Shown in pieces: positions 42,262 through 51,368 of a stretch of DNA of 64,000 nucleotides. Position numbers and translations under genes: made by a program. Source of the DNA: an uncultured delta proteobacterium. Its GTDB lineage: Bacteria > Myxococcota > Kuafuiibacteriia > Kuafuiibacteriales > Kuafuiibacteriaceae. Under the pieces are notes generated by a model, which made no database searches, was not told the origin of the DNA, and saw nothing but the letters and a program-made list of their open reading frames with translations. Position 1 is the stretch's first letter. Each line of letters opens with the position of its first letter. The stretch is taken from the NCBI GenBank assembly GCA_963803435.1, contig CAWDML010000003.1, positions 192,001-256,000 of the forward strand, written 5' to 3'.

Positions 42262-42456
42262 GGCTTTCAGGGAAGCAACGAATATGCCGGAAATTCAACG
42301 AGAACCAAACCATCCGCCGGTCGGTCGGTTGACCCCTCTCACGGACCCACGGTAACAGACGCCCCCACACACGCTCGATCCGGACGGGGCCGCCGGGGGA
42401 GAGCCAGCGAAACATTCATACATTTCGGGAGCTCAATTCGCATGGTGACAGGATTC

Positions 42457-44766
42457 ATGAAAGCCTATCGACTCGTTCCCCTTGGGTTCTTGGGGCTCTT
42501 CGCCCTCGCCGCCGGTTGCTCGGGCAACAAGGACGGCGACGACCAAGCCGGCACGTGCAAATACAACGATCCCGCTGCGGGCGAAGACTGTGCGAGCTGC
42601 CAGAAGCTCAACGAGTGCTGCGCGTTCAGCATCAACTGCCCGGCCGGGGCGATCTGCAACGCGGCGACCGACGCGTTGTACGACAGCACCAAGACCGAGT
42701 TCACGTGCATCCAGGTGGTCTGCGAAGGGGACGGCGATTGCGACGCGCCCAAGACCTGCAGCCTGGAGAAGCTGTGCAAGCCGCCGATCTGCCAGACGCA
42801 CGACCAGTGTCCGGGCGGTCAGCGCTGTCTGTCCGGTACCTGCCAGCCGGCCCCGAACGTCGATGACGTCGACACCTGCGAGATCGTGAGCCGCTCCACG
42901 GCGCTGCGCCAGGGCGCGACCCTCGAGCTCGCCGCGGTGGCGCGGAACGCCAACGGCGCGGTGCTGCCGACAATCGAGTTCGACTGGACCTCCAGCAACC
43001 CGAACGTGGTCGCCGTCGCCGGCAACGTGGCCACCGGCGGGACCGAGCTCGGCACCAGCCAGCTCACCGCCGCGGTCTCCGGCAAGCCCGAGGTCACCTG
43101 CAGCGGTAGCGTCGGTCTCACCAACTTCCCCACCGTCCCGCAGGGGATGGCGCGCGTGGTGCTCGTCGCCGACGACGACGGCACGCCGGTCCGTGAGGCG
43201 ACGGTCATCTTCGAGGCCGGCGGCACCTTCACCGCCACCACCGGCGCCGAGGGCGGCGCCACCGTCCCGGTCGCGGGCGCGATCCAGTCGGTCACCGTGA
43301 TCAAGGAGGGCTGGCAGTTCGTCTCGGTGCTCTCGCCGGCGACCAACGACATCTTCATCCCGCTGCCCCGCGTCCCCGACGAGACCGTCGCCGGCGGCTT
43401 CCGCGGCAAGGTCGACCTCTCGGCCACCAAGAAGGCCGACATCCGCCTCGGCATCGCCGGGCCCGCGATCCCCTCGAACCTGCTCGATTTCGGCCTCGAT
43501 GCGCTGATCGGCGACTCGGTCCCGACGGTCATCGACGCCCCCGAGCTCGGCCTCGACATGCAGAACGTCGACCTGCCCGGCGGCGTGATGCTGGGCCTCG
43601 GCGCCAAGAACTTCACGGCGGACGGCGCGGGCCTGCGCTGCCAGGGCGAGACCGTGGGCGACAAGGAGCTCGGATGCTTCCTGGCCCGCTCGCCGAAGGG
43701 TCCGTCCGCGGGCTGGGTGCTCGCCGGTCAGCTGAAGCTGTCGGACGTCACCTCGATCGCGAACGAGCTCTCGAACGTGCTCGGCGGCGACAGCGGCGAC
43801 ATCAACATCGGCAGCATCCTGACTGCGGTGCTCCCCCTGATCCGCGGCCTCAACCACGGTGTGCTGGCGTCGCTCGACGTCGAGGACTTCAACAAGGTCC
43901 ACACCGAGACCGGCGCGGGCGACTGCACGGATCCGAACCTGCCGAACTACAACGACAACTGCCGCGCCGACTTCAGCAAGTATCAGGTGGCGGACATGGC
44001 GGCCTCGCAGAGCCTGGCCGTGCTGTCGCGGGTCTCGGTTCCGAACCTCCCGCAGCTCCCCGGTGGTACCGGCTGCGCCGCCGGCGCGATCCTGCTGACC
44101 GGCGTCAACCTGGAAGGTCGCGGCCTGGTGCCGCTCGGTCTCACCGCGGGCGTCGACGTCCTCGACGACGAGCCGGCCGACTGCAAGGTCGGCGGGGTGG
44201 AGAAGCCGTTCGGCGACAACTCTCCCGACCTGCCCGACGGCGTCATGCCGCTGTCGATGGCGCCGCCGCACTCGGGTGTCGAGGGCAGCCAGCTGTTCAT
44301 GCTGCTCCTGGCCCTGGACCCGAACTCGATCGGCGGCAACGCCGGCTTCCAGCTGTCGGCCATCGTCAACCGCGTCGACAACGTCGCGGAGGAGCAGACC
44401 ATCACGGGCAGCTACCTGCCGTTCCCGTCCGGCACCGTCAGCAAGGCGAGCGCACAGATCGCGCTCAACTCGGCCATCACCGGGGCGGCCCTGGCTCGGG
44501 TCGAGCTCCAGGACGGCGACGACACCTGGTTGGTCTATGCGCCGGGCGACTCGACCACCATCACGCTGCCGACGGTGGCGCGGGCCCGCCAGATCGTGAC
44601 CGGTCTGGACAACGCCTACCTGCTCGGGATGGGGATGGACGGAACGTATCAGGACGTCTGGACGTTCGGCTCCGGCAAGACGCTCAACCGCATGTTCTAC
44701 ACCGCGAAGAGCTTCGTGATTCAGCAGTGCTCCACCACCGCCGGATCGCCTTGCACCATTCAGTGA
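42457..44766 (+). CDS. Large Cys-rich lipoprotein with Ig-like (Big_2) domain
   Basis: Lipobox AAGC; Cys-rich repeats (CPGGQRCLSGTC); WTSSNPNVVAV Ig-like motif. Confidence 0.75.
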   Translation: MKAYRLVPLGFLGLFALAAGCSGNKDGDDQAGTCKYNDPAAGEDCASCQKLNECCAFSINCPAGAICNAATDALYDSTKTEFTCIQVVCEGDGDCDAPKTCSLEKLCKPPICQTHDQCPGGQRCLSGTCQPAPNVDDVDTCEIVSRSTALRQGATLELAAVARNANGAVLPTIEFDWTSSNPNVVAVAGNVATGGTELGTSQLTAAVSGKPEVTCSGSVGLTNFPTVPQGMARVVLVADDDGTPVREATVIFEAGGTFTATTGAEGGATVPVAGAIQSVTVIKEGWQFVSVLSPATNDIFIPLPRVPDETVAGGFRGKVDLSATKKADIRLGIAGPAIPSNLLDFGLDALIGDSVPTVIDAPELGLDMQNVDLPGGVMLGLGAKNFTADGAGLRCQGETVGDKELGCFLARSPKGPSAGWVLAGQLKLSDVTSIANELSNVLGGDSGDINIGSILTAVLPLIRGLNHGVLASLDVEDFNKVHTETGAGDCTDPNLPNYNDNCRADFSKYQVADMAASQSLAVLSRVSVPNLPQLPGGTGCAAGAILLTGVNLEGRGLVPLGLTAGVDVLDDEPADCKVGGVEKPFGDNSPDLPDGVMPLSMAPPHSGVEGSQLFMLLLALDPNSIGGNAGFQLSAIVNRVDNVAEEQTITGSYLPFPSGTVSKASAQIALNSAITGAALARVELQDGDDTWLVYAPGDSTTITLPTVARARQIVTGLDNAYLLGMGMDGTYQDVWTFGSGKTLNRMFYTAKSFVIQQCSTTAGSPCTIQ

Positions 44767-44807
44767 GGCTTGCCTCGTCCGCGGCACCGACCTCAAGCTG
44801 AGGCTCG

Positions 44808-45029
44808 GTGCCGCGCTTTGTCTCTTACCTCGTCACTCTCGTCGCCGTGATCGCCCTGTTCTCGTCGGGCGGCTACGTCCTGGCGCGCTGGTCCGAGCTG
44901 GACAGCCTCGTGATGATCATGGGCTACACGCTCGAGTACTCCCTCTACATTCTGGCGTTTTGCGCCGCCTACGCGATCTTCGTGGGCGTGTACCACACCT
45001 TTCTCTCGGTCACCGGCCTCGACGAATGA
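44808..45029 (+). CDS. Small two-TM membrane protein
   Basis: Two hydrophobic helices; ATGA coupling to the next gene. Confidence 0.65.
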   Translation: MPRFVSYLVTLVAVIALFSSGGYVLARWSELDSLVMIMGYTLEYSLYILAFCAAYAIFVGVYHTFLSVTGLDE

Positions 45030-45868
45030 GCGAGAACAAGAAGAACCCGCTCTGGACCTACATGCCGACCTTCGCGCACGCGCCTCCGCCGCGTCCGTCG
45101 CAGGAGCAGATGCAATATGCGCCCCGCGAGATCACCGAGGCGGATCTGCAGCCGCTCCGCATCGACGCCCAGTGGCGTCCGGTGCAAGTGCTCAAGTGGT
45201 TCGGTCCCGCTCGGGCGGATCACGAGTACCTGGCGCGGCTGGTGGTGGCGTGCGCCGTCCTGCAGGGCGTGCACCGGATCCGGGAGCTCTCGGAGCGCCT
45301 GCTCCAGCTGATGACGATCCAGTACCCGCGCGTGCTCCAGATGCTCCGCGACGACGCGCTGGTGTCGAAGAAGGTGCAGCTCACCGAGCTGAAAGGGCGC
45401 CTCGAGCTGGCGCGCTACGAGCTGGCGCAGACGCGCGCCCGCGCCGCGAACGACATCGACAGCGAGCCGCTGAACCCGGACGGGCTGCGCGTCATGGATC
45501 TCGAGATCCTCAAGACGCACTGCCAGATGGTGGTCATCGGACACGAGCTGACGACGCGCCGAAACGTCACCGGGATCGAGTACGGGCTCGCCGTGGCGAT
45601 CAACGTCCCGAACCAGCGGTACGCCGAAGACTGGCTCGAGCGCGCGCTGGGCAGCTCGGAGTTGAATGGAATCCTGCTGTTCACACCGGAAGACTATGGG
45701 CGGCCCATCGCGGTGTACGATGACGGGCGCCTGGCCTACGACCCGGCCCAGGCGCTGGAGGGCGAGGACGAGACCCGGGAGCCTGCGGAAGAGGTGGGCG
45801 ACGTGGACGACGACGATCCCTATGGGGAATGGGATGATGGGTATGCAGACGAAGACGACCTTTACTAG
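45026..45868 (+). CDS. Hypothetical protein with acidic C-terminal tail
   Basis: ATG overlaps the upstream stop; GC3-biased codons; tail DDDDPYGEWDDGYADEDDLY. Confidence 0.7.
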   Translation: MSENKKNPLWTYMPTFAHAPPPRPSQEQMQYAPREITEADLQPLRIDAQWRPVQVLKWFGPARADHEYLARLVVACAVLQGVHRIRELSERLLQLMTIQYPRVLQMLRDDALVSKKVQLTELKGRLELARYELAQTRARAANDIDSEPLNPDGLRVMDLEILKTHCQMVVIGHELTTRRNVTGIEYGLAVAINVPNQRYAEDWLERALGSSELNGILLFTPEDYGRPIAVYDDGRLAYDPAQALEGEDETREPAEEVGDVDDDDPYGEWDDGYADEDDLY

Positions 45869-45935
45869 CTAAGGGCAAAATCTTCGGTCGCCGTTTCTCG
45901 TATCAATCCGCCGACCTCTGCTAGCATTCCGGCGA

Positions 45936-47774
45936 GTGGACCGCCTCGGCGATTTTCGCTTGCGAAAGCGCTTGGCCGTGGGCGGCATGGGCGAGGTCTA
46001 CCTCGGCGAGAAGATCGGACCCGAGGGGTTCGTCAAGCCGGTCGTCCTCAAGTGCGTCCTCCCACAGCTCGCGAAGGATCGCGCCTTCGTCCAGCTCTTC
46101 CTCGACGAGGCCCGCCTGGCCGCGCTCCTCAACCATCCGAACATCGCGCAGGTGTACGACTTCGGCCTGGTCGACGACATCTACTACATCGCGATGGAGT
46201 ACGTGCCCGGCTACACCGTCGACGACATCCGCCGGAAGCTGAAGTCGATCGGGCAGCTCATGCCGCTTCAGCACATCGCGTGCATCGCGAGCCAGGCCTG
46301 CCAGGGCCTGCACTACGCCCACAACCTGACGGACGCGAACGGCGTCGGGCTCGGCCTGGTGCACCGCGACGTCTCGCCGCACAACCTGATCGTCTCGATC
46401 GACGGGAGCGTGAAGATCGTGGACTTCGGCATCGCCAAGGCGCGGGCCGGGCTCACGCGGGTACAGGCGAAGGGGGCCGTCGGCAAGTTCGGATACATGA
46501 GCCCCGAGCAGGCGCGCGGCGAGCAGGTGGACGGCCGGAGCGACATCTTCTCGCTGGGGATCTGCCTCTGGGAGATGGCCACGAACGAGCGCCTCCACGA
46601 TCCGAACCTCGACCGGGCTCCGAACTACTCGCCGACGCGACCGGTCAAGAGCGTGGAGATGTTCAGGACCGAGGTACCGCGCCAGTTCGTCGAGATCGTC
46701 GAGAGCTCCCTCGCGATCGAGGCGGCCGATCGGTACCCGACCTGCCAGGCGATGCATCTGGCGCTGGAGCGTTTCCAGGCGGCGATGACCCACTACGCGG
46801 GGCAGTCCGCGCTCGCTGCGTACATCAAGGACCTCGTCGAGGGTCGCGTCGAGAATCCGGAGCAGGGCGCCAGCGGCAACGTGGTGGAGCCGGCGGGAAA
46901 GAGCGCGCCGCCGCCGCGCGGGGCCAGCGCCGGTGGGATGGATGCGGCGCAGAAGTACGAAGAGGTCTTCGGCGTCACGATGGAGAGCAAGCGGCCGCGG
47001 CACACCATCCGCTCGGTGCCGAAGTCGTGGGAGACGAAGACGCCCAGCCATCCGCCGGAGCGGACGCCGCCGCCGCGGGAGCCCAGCACGTCCCGTTTGC
47101 TCGACCTCTCGGGGGACCGGTCGACGGTCGAGCTGGCGGAGCAGGCCCCGATCCGCCGGACCACCATCACCACGCCCAGCCCGCGCCCGCCGGTCCATGC
47201 GCCCCGATCGAAGGCTCCGCTGCTGTTCCTCTTGATGGTGCTGATCGTGGCGGGGCTGGGCGCCGGTGCGTACGCGAATCGCGACCGCTTGATGGCAATG
47301 GTGAATCCTACAGAGAAGCCGAAGCCCAAGCTGACCAGCATCTACCGGATCGAGACGCAGCCGCCGGGCGCGACGGTGCTCCTCGACGGGCAGCCGGCGC
47401 CGAAGGTGTCGCCGGTGGACGTCGAGTTGATTCCGGACGTCGAGTACAAGATCAGCGTCGTTCTCGACAAGTACGCCACCAAGGAAGCGGTGGTGAAGGC
47501 CACCGTGGGGACGGAGGTCCGCACGCTCCAGTTCACGCTCGATCCGGCCGGAGTGCTGGCGGTGACGTCCGACCCGCCGGGCGCCACCGTCACGATCAAC
47601 AACCGGGTGATCGAGGACAAGGTGACACCGATGGTGCTCGACGACGTCCCTGCGGATCAGGAGCTGGTGGTCCGTTGTGAGATCACCGGAATGGCGCCGT
47701 GCGTGGAGCGCGTGAAAGTGCCGCCCGGGAAGCGGAAGCCGGTGCACTGTGATCTCGCGCTCGGCGATCAATGA
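45936..47774 (+). CDS. Transmembrane Ser/Thr protein kinase with two PEGA-like domains
   Basis: GGMGEVY, HRDVSPHN, DFG and GYMSPE; TM helix; ETQPPGATVLLDG and TSDPPGATVTIN. Confidence 0.92.
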   Translation: MDRLGDFRLRKRLAVGGMGEVYLGEKIGPEGFVKPVVLKCVLPQLAKDRAFVQLFLDEARLAALLNHPNIAQVYDFGLVDDIYYIAMEYVPGYTVDDIRRKLKSIGQLMPLQHIACIASQACQGLHYAHNLTDANGVGLGLVHRDVSPHNLIVSIDGSVKIVDFGIAKARAGLTRVQAKGAVGKFGYMSPEQARGEQVDGRSDIFSLGICLWEMATNERLHDPNLDRAPNYSPTRPVKSVEMFRTEVPRQFVEIVESSLAIEAADRYPTCQAMHLALERFQAAMTHYAGQSALAAYIKDLVEGRVENPEQGASGNVVEPAGKSAPPPRGASAGGMDAAQKYEEVFGVTMESKRPRHTIRSVPKSWETKTPSHPPERTPPPREPSTSRLLDLSGDRSTVELAEQAPIRRTTITTPSPRPPVHAPRSKAPLLFLLMVLIVAGLGAGAYANRDRLMAMVNPTEKPKPKLTSIYRIETQPPGATVLLDGQPAPKVSPVDVELIPDVEYKISVVLDKYATKEAVVKATVGTEVRTLQFTLDPAGVLAVTSDPPGATVTINNRVIEDKVTPMVLDDVPADQELVVRCEITGMAPCVERVKVPPGKRKPVHCDLALGDQ

Positions 47775-47814
47775 CCGATGCCGGTCGACCGCGCTTCCAA
47801 CATGATGCGCGCCG

Positions 47815-48435
47815 ATGCGCGTCCTACTGTTCACGCTCCTCCTGGCGGGCTGCAACTCGGGGACGGGGGACGACGGCACGCCTGAGCCGAGCGCCTGCGG
47901 CCTCGCCGGCTTGAGGACCGGCGAGGAGTGCAACGGGCTGGACGAGTGCGGTGCTTCCAACAACGCCATCGAGCCCGAGTTTTGCGAAAACTGCCTGATC
48001 CGGCCCGACACCCATGTGTGCGAGGCGGGCACCTGCCGTCCTTTGGGGCCCAAGGGCAACATCCAGACCGCCTTCGCGATCCCGCTGGAGGCGGAGGGCT
48101 CGAAGTCGTACACGCTCGCCACCCTGATTCCCACCATGGGTGACGGCAGCAAGGTGACTTGCGAGAAGTTGATGAGCCCGTCCTGCAGCTTCCTCCACAA
48201 CCCCGCGATCAACACCACCAACTCCACGTTCAAGCGGTTCAACGAGCCGGCCCGCTCCGACAGCGTCTACCCGGCGCTTTCCTCTGTGGAGGCCGGGACG
48301 GGCCGGATCCTGTTCATCCAGGTGACGAGCGACGAGCAGGGCAAGGGGACGGTCACGGCGCGCGGATGCGTCGATGGCATCTCGGTGTCAGAGAACGAGA
48401 CCGTCCAGGTTCCGATCGACATTCTGCCGCCCTAA
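47815..48435 (+). CDS. Cys-rich hypothetical lipoprotein
   Basis: MRVLLFTLLLAGC lipobox; multiple Cys. Confidence 0.75.
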   Translation: MRVLLFTLLLAGCNSGTGDDGTPEPSACGLAGLRTGEECNGLDECGASNNAIEPEFCENCLIRPDTHVCEAGTCRPLGPKGNIQTAFAIPLEAEGSKSYTLATLIPTMGDGSKVTCEKLMSPSCSFLHNPAINTTNSTFKRFNEPARSDSVYPALSSVEAGTGRILFIQVTSDEQGKGTVTARGCVDGISVSENETVQVPIDILPP

Positions 48436-48492
48436 CTCCACTGAGTGGAATCGTTTGAATGGGATCCATTCGATGTCTTTTTGCAGGCTGAC

Positions 48493-48521
48493 TTGACACG
48501 AGATCGGTTGCCCTTTACTTT
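48493..48521 (+). promoter_or_regulatory. Sigma-70 promoter
   Basis: TTGACA-N17-TACTTT upstream of 48540. Confidence 0.7.
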
Positions 48522-48539
48522 CCGCGCGGAGCTCTTGGG

Positions 48540-49064
48540 GTGGTGCGGGAAATCTCATCGATCGAGAAGAGACATCCGGAGGGCCTCTCCTCCCGGCAGA
48601 TCATCGAAGTGATGGATGAGCTCGGTGAGCCGCTCACCGAGGCGACCCTCCGAAAGTACGTGCAGCTCGGCCTGCTGCCCCGCAGCCGGCGTGTGGGCGA
48701 GAAGGGCAAGCATCGGGGCTCCCACGGGATCTATCCCGTCGAGGTGATCCGGCGGGTCCACGAGATCCGCCGGGCGATGGACGATGGCGAGACGCTGGAG
48801 CAGCTCGCAGCCCAGCACGCGGTCCGCGCCCAGCTCCTGGCCGCTCGGGTGGCCATGGAAGAGGCGTTGACCGCAGCCGAGACGGATCTCGACCGCCGAT
48901 CGATCGACAAGAAGCACAAGACGTCGGCGAAGACGAAGCTGGCGCAGCTCCGGAAGGAAGCCAGGGAGTGGATCCGGATGTTGGAGAAGTGGTCGGCCGA
49001 GTTGGTGGCTTCGGAGTCGAACGGCAGCGTGAAGGGAAAGCGAACCCGACGCGGAGGTGATTGA
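48540..49064 (+). CDS. MerR-like HTH DNA-binding protein
   Basis: [20 protein letters not shown]...GIYP...IRRAM...TLEQL. Confidence 0.7.
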   Translation: MVREISSIEKRHPEGLSSRQIIEVMDELGEPLTEATLRKYVQLGLLPRSRRVGEKGKHRGSHGIYPVEVIRRVHEIRRAMDDGETLEQLAAQHAVRAQLLAARVAMEEALTAAETDLDRRSIDKKHKTSAKTKLAQLRKEAREWIRMLEKWSAELVASESNGSVKGKRTRRGGD

Positions 49065-49777
49065 TGTCCTCAGCCAATGAGAAACCGTCGGTCACCTGGA
49101 CGGAAGAGCTCGACCCGGATCCTTGGCACTCGGACAGCAGTCTTCCGGCCAGCGATCAGCTGAGCGGAATCTCGGTGAAGACCGACCTGCCGACCGAGCT
49201 GCCCGAGCCCTCCGAGGCGGAGGACGACGAGGACGAGCCGCCCGTGTCCGAGGGCGAGTCGGAGCTCCCAGCTTCGGCTCTCGTGGACGACGGAGGCCGG
49301 CGGAGGAGCAAGACGATCGCGCGCAAGCAGATGCTGCGCGAGCGCCGGAGGATGATCGCGCAGGGGACGCTCCCCGAGATCCTGGAGTACGAACGTCCCC
49401 GGGAGCGGGCCGAGTGCAGGAACGGCGCGCGGCCCTGCCTCTATGTGTCCTGCCGCTATCACCTTTACCTGGACGTCAACCCGATGACCGGCTCCATCAA
49501 GATCAACTTCCCCGACAAGGAGCCGTGGGAGCTCGAGGACACCTGTGCGCTCGACGTGGCCGAGCGGGGCGGTATCACCCTCGAAGAGGTCGGTGAGATC
49601 ATGAATCTCACGCGCGAGCGCATCCGTCAGGTCGAGGTCAGCGGGCTCGACAAGCTGCGCCAGGGCGAGGCGGACCTCCACACGTTCCTGGACGGGAAGG
49701 AGCTGGAGGGCCTCCCGACCGGAGGTCACCCCGCGAAGCCCCCAAAGCCCGCACTTCCGGTGGTCGACGAAGACTGA
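49064..49777 (+). CDS. Stand-alone sigma-70 region-4 HTH protein with Cys/His cluster and acidic N-terminus
   Basis: [21 protein letters not shown]; [16 protein letters not shown]...TCALD. Confidence 0.78.
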   Translation: MSSANEKPSVTWTEELDPDPWHSDSSLPASDQLSGISVKTDLPTELPEPSEAEDDEDEPPVSEGESELPASALVDDGGRRRSKTIARKQMLRERRRMIAQGTLPEILEYERPRERAECRNGARPCLYVSCRYHLYLDVNPMTGSIKINFPDKEPWELEDTCALDVAERGGITLEEVGEIMNLTRERIRQVEVSGLDKLRQGEADLHTFLDGKELEGLPTGGHPAKPPKPALPVVDED

Positions 49778-49798
49778 CGCTCCTGCTAGACGCATCCG

Positions 49799-51346
49799 GT
49801 GCCGCTAGAACCGAAGAGGGCGCTCCTGAGCGTCACCGACAAGACGGGGATCGCGGAGTTCGCGAAGGGTCTCGAGCGCCTCGGCTTCTCCATCCTCTCC
49901 ACCGGCGGGACTGCGAAGGTGCTGGCGGAGGCCGGCGTGAAGGTGACGCCGCTCGGCGACTTCACCGGGTTCCCGGAGATGCTCGACGGGCGCGTGAAGA
50001 CGCTCCATCCGAAGGTGCACGGCGGCATCCTGGCGCGGCGGGACCTGGCGAAACACCGGGCCCAGATGATCGAGCACGGAATCGAGCCGATCGATCTCGT
50101 CTGCGTCAACCTCTACGACTTCGACGGCGCGATCGCGAAGCCGGACATCACCTTCGATGACGCCATCGAGGAGATCGACATCGGCGGGCCCACGCTCCTC
50201 CGGGCCGCCGCCAAGAACCACACGTTCGTGCTCCCGGTCGTCGATCCGGCCGACTACCCGCGCGTGTTGAAGGCGCTGGAGTCGGGCGAGGTCGAGCTCT
50301 CGATGCGTCGCGGTCTCGCGCTCGCGGTCTATCGTCATACGGCGCGGTACGATCGGGCGATCGCGGACTGGATGGGGCGACAGGTGGAGTCGGACGCGTT
50401 CTCCGCGGTCCACGCGCCGCTGTTCGAGCGCGTGCAGGCGCTCCGCTACGGCGAGAATCCCCACCAGCAGGCTGCGCTCTACCGGGGACCGACGCCGTCG
50501 CACCTCAGCGCGGCGCGGATCCTCCAAGGCAAGGAGCTCTCGTACAACAACCTCCTCGATCTCGACGCCGCGCTCGGTCTCGCGATCGATCTGCCGGAGA
50601 CGTCGGCGATCTACATCAAGCACACCAACCCTTGCGGCGCGGCGCGCGGCGCGAGCGCGGCGGAGGCGCTCCAGGTGGCGCGGGCGTGCGACGCGCTGTC
50701 GGCCTTCGGCGCGGTGGTGAGCCTCAACGTGCGGATGGACAGGGCGGCAGCCTCGGTGCTGACCGAGTCGTTCGTCGAGGCGGTGATCGCGCCGGGCTAC
50801 GACGACGACGCCCTCGAGGTGCTGGCCGGCAAGAAGAACCTCCGCGTGCTGTCGCTCCCGGGCGAGTGGCGGGCGGCCGGCGGGTTCGAGCTGCGGGTCA
50901 TCCGGGGCGGCGCGCTCCTCCAGACGCGGGACGACCAGCGGAGCCCGATGGAGGAGGTGAGGTCGGCGCGGGTAGTCACGAAGCGCACGCCCACCGACGC
51001 CGAACGCGAGGCCCTCGCGTTCACGTGGACGGTGGCGAAGCATGTGCGGAGCAACGCGATCGTGTTCGGCCGGCAGGACCGGGTGGTCGCCGTCGGCGCC
51101 GGACAGATGAGTCGGGTCGACTCCGTGAAGATCTGCAAGCTCAAGAGCCCGGAGGCGCTCACGGGGTCCGTGGTGGCCTCGGACGCCTTCTTTCCGTTCC
51201 GGGACGGGATCGACGAGCTCGCAGCCGCCGGAGCCACCGCGATCGCCCAGCCCGGAGGGAGCGTCCGCGACGACGAGGTGATTCAGGCGGCCGACGAGCA
51301 TGGAGTGGCGATGGTCTTCACGGGCGTGCGACACTTCCGCCACTGA
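49799..51346 (+). CDS. purH: Bifunctional AICAR transformylase/IMP cyclohydrolase
   Basis: [32 protein letters not shown] and RHFRH. Confidence 0.97.
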   Translation: MPLEPKRALLSVTDKTGIAEFAKGLERLGFSILSTGGTAKVLAEAGVKVTPLGDFTGFPEMLDGRVKTLHPKVHGGILARRDLAKHRAQMIEHGIEPIDLVCVNLYDFDGAIAKPDITFDDAIEEIDIGGPTLLRAAAKNHTFVLPVVDPADYPRVLKALESGEVELSMRRGLALAVYRHTARYDRAIADWMGRQVESDAFSAVHAPLFERVQALRYGENPHQQAALYRGPTPSHLSAARILQGKELSYNNLLDLDAALGLAIDLPETSAIYIKHTNPCGAARGASAAEALQVARACDALSAFGAVVSLNVRMDRAAASVLTESFVEAVIAPGYDDDALEVLAGKKNLRVLSLPGEWRAAGGFELRVIRGGALLQTRDDQRSPMEEVRSARVVTKRTPTDAEREALAFTWTVAKHVRSNAIVFGRQDRVVAVGAGQMSRVDSVKICKLKSPEALTGSVVASDAFFPFRDGIDELAAAGATAIAQPGGSVRDDEVIQAADEHGVAMVFTGVRHFRH

Positions 51347-51368
51347 AGCCGGTACCGCGAGGAGCCAG

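Noticed and set aside
41125-42456. N-terminal extension of the 1213-aa ORF
   Set aside because: Antisense to the AI-2E gene; the lipoprotein signal starts at 42457.
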